64,000 nucleotides of DNA. Source: a virus. Positions 58,720 through 64,000 of this stretch are shown here, one piece after another. Under the pieces are notes generated by a model, which was not told where the DNA came from, searched no databases, and saw only the letters and a list, made by a program, of their open reading frames with translations. The DNA lies in the IMG/VR virus record IMGVR_UViG_3300044959_000237, positions 47,269 to 111,268 of that record. The stretch is one strand, 5' to 3'. Position 1 is the first letter of the stretch. Each line of letters opens with the position of its first letter. Position numbers and translations under genes: made by a program.

Positions 58720-60233
58720 GAAATATTTTCCCTGGCTACGATTCTCGTTGTGACAGGAGAAGTTGTTTCTCTTGCAATTTCGATTTTCAGTGGCGGTCGT
58801 AACAGCTCGACAGTATTTATCAATGATATTTGCAGGTCGTCTACGAGAAAATCTTCGAATGCGAATGAATTTCCGGTATTTTTTCCGCTTATCGAAATCA
58901 TCAACGAAGAGTCTCCGCTCGTGTTTCTTGGTCCAAATCTGGCACTCAGTTGATGAATGACAAATTCGGAATCATTCGATGCATTCAAAATCACACTGTT
59001 TCCGGCATCGGTCCGATATACCACTCCATTTCGAATCCATTTGCCTTTCAGTGTAATTTTTGCAGAACCGCCCCGAACATCACCATTCCTGTAACCGACA
59101 TGTATTTTCACGATGTAACAATCATCCGGTTTGCCATTCTGGGCAGATATGAAAGTACGAAGTGAAAAAACATTCGAATGTACCAATCTGATGTGAAGAA
59201 ATCTGGATCCTTCGATTACAGGACAATTCGGAAAATCATCATAGGAAAATACCGAATAATGAACACCATAGAGATTGTCATGATACCAATATGCCAAACC
59301 GGATTCGAAACCCGAATTCGGATGATGAACGACAGAGCCGATCTGATTCAAAGAGTCCGAAGAAACAACAATGGAAGTTCGGGTTGTCGTAAAATCTTTC
59401 ACGATTCTGTCATCTTTGTCGTAAAGTACCACCCTGTACAATTCGATGTTGTCATCGGGAGGAATGTCGGAATAATTCGTCCATTCCGAATAACAACGAT
59501 TTTTTCTTTTCCATGTCACCGACAAAGAACTCGAATCGATATGATTTACGGAAATATCTTCCACTTTTGGAGGCACGAGAGGAAAAAATCTCGAATTCAG
59601 GTTGCCAGATGTGGAAACATTCGAATCGAATGGAGTGAAAATACAGGAAGTCACTCCTTCCCGACTCAGATGAATTCTGTTCATGTCACTCTGAATGTCA
59701 TTGATGTAATATGCTTCGCACGACAATTCCATTACCGGAGCCGAGTTCGAAAGATATTCGACAATATCGTATGAATTGTTCGAAAACAGAAGAAGATTTC
59801 GAAAAACGACTTTTTTACTCGTAATCGCAGATGCATGTTCGTACAGATGAAAACCGTAACCTTTCGTCGAATTTCCCGTCATGAGAAACGGTCCGATATT
59901 CGTGACACGAAAATCCAGTTCTCCCGGATTTTTCGCTATCGAAGGAACAACTTCTTCATCACCGAATTCCACTTCGATTTTTCCTCTGGTGACAAGATTC
60001 GGATTGATATTCGAAGGTATTCCCGACAGTTTTACAACCCGACCTTTGACAAGAAATCTGTCGATATCGTGTTTCACGGAATCGATTACAAGAGTTGCAT
60101 TGTTATTGATACCCGATCTTCCTTCTCTTGTCGTGAATACACGAATGTATCTTGCATATTTTACGGAATTCGAACTTTCGAAATCATCGAAACATGGACC
60201 ATCGACAAAGCGAAGTTCGAGATTCGACGACAT
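58716..60233 (-). CDS. Tail tip/host-specificity protein resembling the C-terminal part of GTA megatron-type proteins
   Basis: VTWKRKNR..SEW...DIPPDDNIELYRV, then a carbohydrate-binding-like NSGFESGL module; coupled to the fibre gene. Confidence 0.55.
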   Translation of the reverse strand: MSSNLELRFVDGPCFDDFESSNSVKYARYIRVFTTREGRSGINNNATLVIDSVKHDIDRFLVKGRVVKLSGIPSNINPNLVTRGKIEVEFGDEEVVPSIAKNPGELDFRVTNIGPFLMTGNSTKGYGFHLYEHASAITSKKVVFRNLLLFSNNSYDIVEYLSNSAPVMELSCEAYYINDIQSDMNRIHLSREGVTSCIFTPFDSNVSTSGNLNSRFFPLVPPKVEDISVNHIDSSSLSVTWKRKNRCYSEWTNYSDIPPDDNIELYRVVLYDKDDRIVKDFTTTRTSIVVSSDSLNQIGSVVHHPNSGFESGLAYWYHDNLYGVHYSVFSYDDFPNCPVIEGSRFLHIRLVHSNVFSLRTFISAQNGKPDDCYIVKIHVGYRNGDVRGGSAKITLKGKWIRNGVVYRTDAGNSVILNASNDSEFVIHQLSARFGPRNTSGDSSLMISISGKNTGNSFAFEDFLVDDLQISLINTVELLRPPLKIEIARETTSPVTTRIVARENIS

Positions 60234-61185
60234 TTTCTTCAGAACCTCCAGCCATCGACCGAATCTTCATCATCATTCGAATTGCCAGATGCGAATTCCG
60301 AACCTGCCCGTATCGTCGATGAATTCGGGAATCGTGATTTCCAATGTGATTTTCGACGAATTTCGGTATTTTTCACTTCGGAAATTTTCGAAATCTTCCG
60401 AAGAACGATTTTCTTTCCTGTTGCAGGCAACAGAATACAGGCCGAATTCTTCTTCGATGTTTCCGAATGTTTTTCACGCGGTGTTTCGAAAAGAATCATC
60501 ACGGCTTCTTCCTCTTTCGATTTCGTTTCTTCTGCAAATTTTTTCGACTCGCGAAATTTTCGTTTTTCGTGATGCATTTCATTCTGCAATCGGGAAATTC
60601 TGCATTTTTTCGAACGAACATTTTTTTTTTCGCCATTTTTTTCGATATGTATTTATTCGTGTACAACAGGCATGAACTTCGTTTTCGACATTTCGATATT
60701 CGTGACAGTCTGTCTTCCCGAAAGAAATGGTTTCACGATCGAACTTTTTTCGTAATTCGAAATTTTTTTGCCCGAGTTCGTGTTCGATCGTGTGCGGCGA
60801 CGATCTTCACGTTCGTTCCGGACGGAACAGGCGTCGAAGTCGAAAAAAAAACATGAAAAAGTTCGTTCGATGATCAATTCGTATCATGATTTCCCGATGT
60901 TTTCCGAATTTTCGGAATTTGTCGGAAGTGTTCGTCATATTGTACAAAATTACATTCGACAATGTCGAAATCGATTTTCCGTGAATTTCTGCAATTTTCG
61001 CAGTTCCCGAATCGGGCAATGTTGTTTTCTTCGTGCTTCTTCTGGCAAGTTCGAAGTTTCTTTTTCCCGAATTCGAAATCATCGAAGAAAAGAATTTTCA
61101 AGCTGCAATTCGTGTCTGTCTTTTCGAAAAAATTTTTTTTCTATGTTTTTTTTTTTCGTGTTTCTTCGAGCAGAACATTCGTGAC

Positions 61186-64000
61186 TGTCCGGAAAAAAAT
61201 GTTCCGGAACAGATTCGAAAAAAAAGTGCCCGGAACATATCGGGAAAAATGTTCCGGAACATATCAGGAAAAATATTCCGGAAAATATCGGGTAGAATGC
61301 TCTGTTCCGGAATATGTTCGAAAAAAAAAATGCCCGGAAAATACCGAATAAAATGTTCCACAACAGGTTCGAAAAAATGCTCGGAACATATCGGGAAAAA
61401 TATTCCGGGACATATCGGGTAGAATGTTCCGAAAAATATCGGGTAGAAAATAGAATGTTCTGTTTCGGAACAAATTCGAAAAAAAGTGTTCGGAACATAT
61501 CGGGTAGAATGTTCCGAAACATATCAGGGAAAATATTCCGGAATATATCGGGTAGAATGTTACGGAACATATCGGGGAAAATGTTCCGGAACATGTTAGA
61601 AAAAAAATGCCCGGAAAATATCGGATAAAATTTTTCGGAAAATACCGAATAGAATGTTCCGGAACATGTTCGAAAAAAGTGTTCGGAACATATCGGGGAA
61701 AATGTTCCGGAACATATCAGGGAAAATATTTCAGAATGTTCCGGAACATATCGGGTAGAGTGTTCCGGGACATATCGAAAAAAATGTTCCGGAACATATC
61801 GGGTAGAATGTTCTGTTTCGGAACATGTTCGAAAAAAAAATGCTTGAAACATATCGGGAAAAATTTTCCGGAAAATATCAGGGAAAATATTCCAGAATGT
61901 TCCGGAAAATATCAGGGAAAATATTCAGGAATATATCAGGGAAAATATTTCAAAATGTTCCGGAACATATCAGGGAAAATATTCAGGAATATATCGGGTA
62001 GAATGTTCCGAAACATATCAGGGAAAATATTCAGGAATATATCGGGTAGAATGTTCCGGAACATATCGGGTAGAATGTTCCGAAACATATCAGGGAAAAT
62101 ATTCAGGAATATATCAGGGAAAATATTCAGGAATATATCGGGTAGAAAATAGAATGTTCTGTTTCGGAACAAATTCGAAAAAAAATGTTCGGAACATATC
62201 GAAAAAAAAATGTTCCGGAAAATATCGGGTAGAATGTTACGGAAAATATCGGATAAAATTTTTCGGAATATATCAGGGAAAATGTTCCGGAACATGTTCG
62301 AAAAAAATGCCCGGAAAATATCGGATAAAATATTTCGGAATATATCGGGTAGAATGTTCCGGAGCATATCGGATAAAATATTTCGGAATATATCGGGTAG
62401 AATGTTCCGGAGCATATCGGATAAAATTTTCCGGAAAATATCGGAAAAAATGTTCCAGAATGTTCCGGAAAATATCAGGGAAAATATTCCGGAAAATATC
62501 AGGGAAAATATTCAGGAACATATCGGAAAAAAAAAATGTTTCGGAAAATATCGGGTAGAATGTTACGGAAAATATCGAATGAAATATTCTGGAATTTTTC
62601 GGAACATATCAGATGAAATGTTTCGGAAAATATCGAGTAGAATGCTCTGTTCCGGAGCATGTTAGAAAAAAATGCCCGGAAAATATCAGGGAAAATTTTC
62701 CGGAACATATCGGGTAGAATGTTCCGGAACATATCAGGTAAAATATTCCGGAACATATCGGGTAGAATGTTCCGGAAAATATCAGGGAAAATATTTCGGA
62801 ACATGTTCGAAAAAAATGCCCGGAAAATATCGGATAAAATTTTTCGGAATATATCGGGTAGAATGTTCCGGAAAATATCGGATAAAATTTTTCGGAAAAT
62901 ACCGAATAGAATGTTCCGGAGCATATCGGGGAAAATGTTCCGGAACAGGTTCGAAAAAAGTGTTCGGAACATATCGGGTAGAATGTTCCGGAACATATCA
63001 ATTAGGGAAAATATTCCGGAATATATCGGGTAGAATGTTCCGGAACATATCGGATAAAATTTTTCGGAATATATCAGGGAAAATGTTCCGGAACATGTTC
63101 GAAAAAAGTGTTCGGAACATATCGGGGAAAATGTTCCGGAACATATCGGGTAGAATGTTCCGGAAAATATCGGATAAAATTTTTCGGAAAATACCGAATA
63201 GAATGTTCCGGAAAATATCAGGGAAAATATTCCGGAACATATCAGGGAAAATATTTCAGAATGTTCCGGAACATATCGGGTAGAAAATAGAATGTTCTGT
63301 TTCGGAACAAATTCGAAAAAAAAAAATGCCCGGAAAATATCGGATAAAATTTTTCGGAAAATACCGAATAAAATGTTCCGAAACAAATTCGAAAAAAGTG
63401 CTCGGAACATATCGGGTAGAATGTTCTGGAACATATCAGGTAAAATATTCCGGAACATATCAGGTAAAATATTCCGGAACATATCGGGTAGAATGTTCCG
63501 AAACATATCAGGGAAAATATTCAGGAATATATCGGGTAGAATGTTCCGGAACATATCGGAAAAAAAATGTTCCAGAATGTTCCGGAACATATCGGGTAGA
63601 ATGTTCCGAAACATATCAGGGAAAATATTCAGGAATATATCGGGTAGAATGTTCCGGAACATATCGGAAAAAAAATGTTCCAGAATGTTCCGGGACATAT
63701 CGGGTAGAATGTTCCGGAACATATCAGGTAAAATATTCCGGAACATATCGGGTAGAATGTTCCGGAACATATCAGGTAAAATATTCCGGAACATATCGGG
63801 GAAAATGTTCCGGAACATATCAGGGAAAATATTTCAGAATGTTCCGGAACATATCGGGGAAAATGTTCCGGAACATATCAGGGAAAATATTTCAGAATGT
63901 TCCGGAACATATCGGGTAGAATGTTCCGAAACATATCAGGGAAAATATTCAGGAATATATCGGGTAGAATGTTCCGGAACATATCGGAAAAAAAATGTTC
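61186..64000. repeat. Higher-order tandem array of degenerate 12/24-bp palindromic units (continues beyond the window)
   Basis: Cells such as GAATGTTCCGGA, ACATATCGGGTA, AAATATTCAGGA, AAATATCGGATA; 14-bp palindrome ATGTTCCGGAACAT; 108-bp super-period at 63491/63599. Confidence 0.95.

Noticed and set aside
48450-61000. Numerous F/S/R-rich overlapping ORFs (e.g. 55254-56213, 56457-57671, 57220-58215)
   Set aside because: Shadow frames antisense to real genes or overlapping tRNAs, kept open by stop-codon-poor composition
61033-63919. Long ORFs with MFRNILPD / MFRNISGR repeats on both strands
   Set aside because: A by-product of stop-poor palindromic 12/24-bp units; frames shift at A-tracts and no clear RBS is seen; not called as genes, though translation is not excluded
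61186-64000. CRISPR array
   Set aside because: No constant repeat alternating with unique spacers; all sequence is drawn from the same degenerate units, and no cas genes are in the window
1-64000. Stop-codon reassignment
   Set aside because: Conserved genes are full length in the standard code, and TAA, TAG and TGA all terminate genes at expected positions
61186-64000. Eukaryotic heat-shock element (nGAAn) or LexA box array
   Set aside because: The GAAnnTTCnnGAA match is incidental in a bacteriophage, and the spacing does not fit GAAC-N4-GTTC or GTTC-N7-GTTC LexA boxes

Overview
AT-rich segment of a large T4-like (jumbo) myophage genome, read in the standard genetic code, with most genes on the minus strand. 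Replication/recombination genes: gp41-like helicase (partial), gp61-like primase, a miniature DnaE-like polymerase core, UvsW, UvsY, UvsX, gp32, sliding clamp, and a family B DNA polymerase split into two genes with a mini-intein. Packaging/virion genes: TerL, probable TerS, gp4-like, tail-tube-like, DUF2793 fibre and GH24 lysozyme. Host-like enzymes: ThyX, TilS, fused indolepyruvate ferredoxin oxidoreductase, SpoVR, SpeD, Dps, KdsD and a glycosyltransferase. There are five tRNAs, sigma70-type promoters before replication genes and TATAAATA-type late promoters before virion genes. Signals the gene list does not explain: (1) a ~340-nt structured non-coding element inside the operon ending in the mini-DnaE gene, and a second ~280-nt structured element sharing a GACAGAAGTT motif; (2) a >2.8-kb higher-order array of palindromic 12/24-bp units running off the right end, preceded by rising TCGA enrichment and TTAA depletion; (3) late-expressed modifying enzymes that may be packaged in the head (NTase-amidoligase, amidoligase paralog, kinase-like, ART-like); (4) a TilS + HEPN-like gene pair. 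All calls come from reading motifs by eye; no database search was run.
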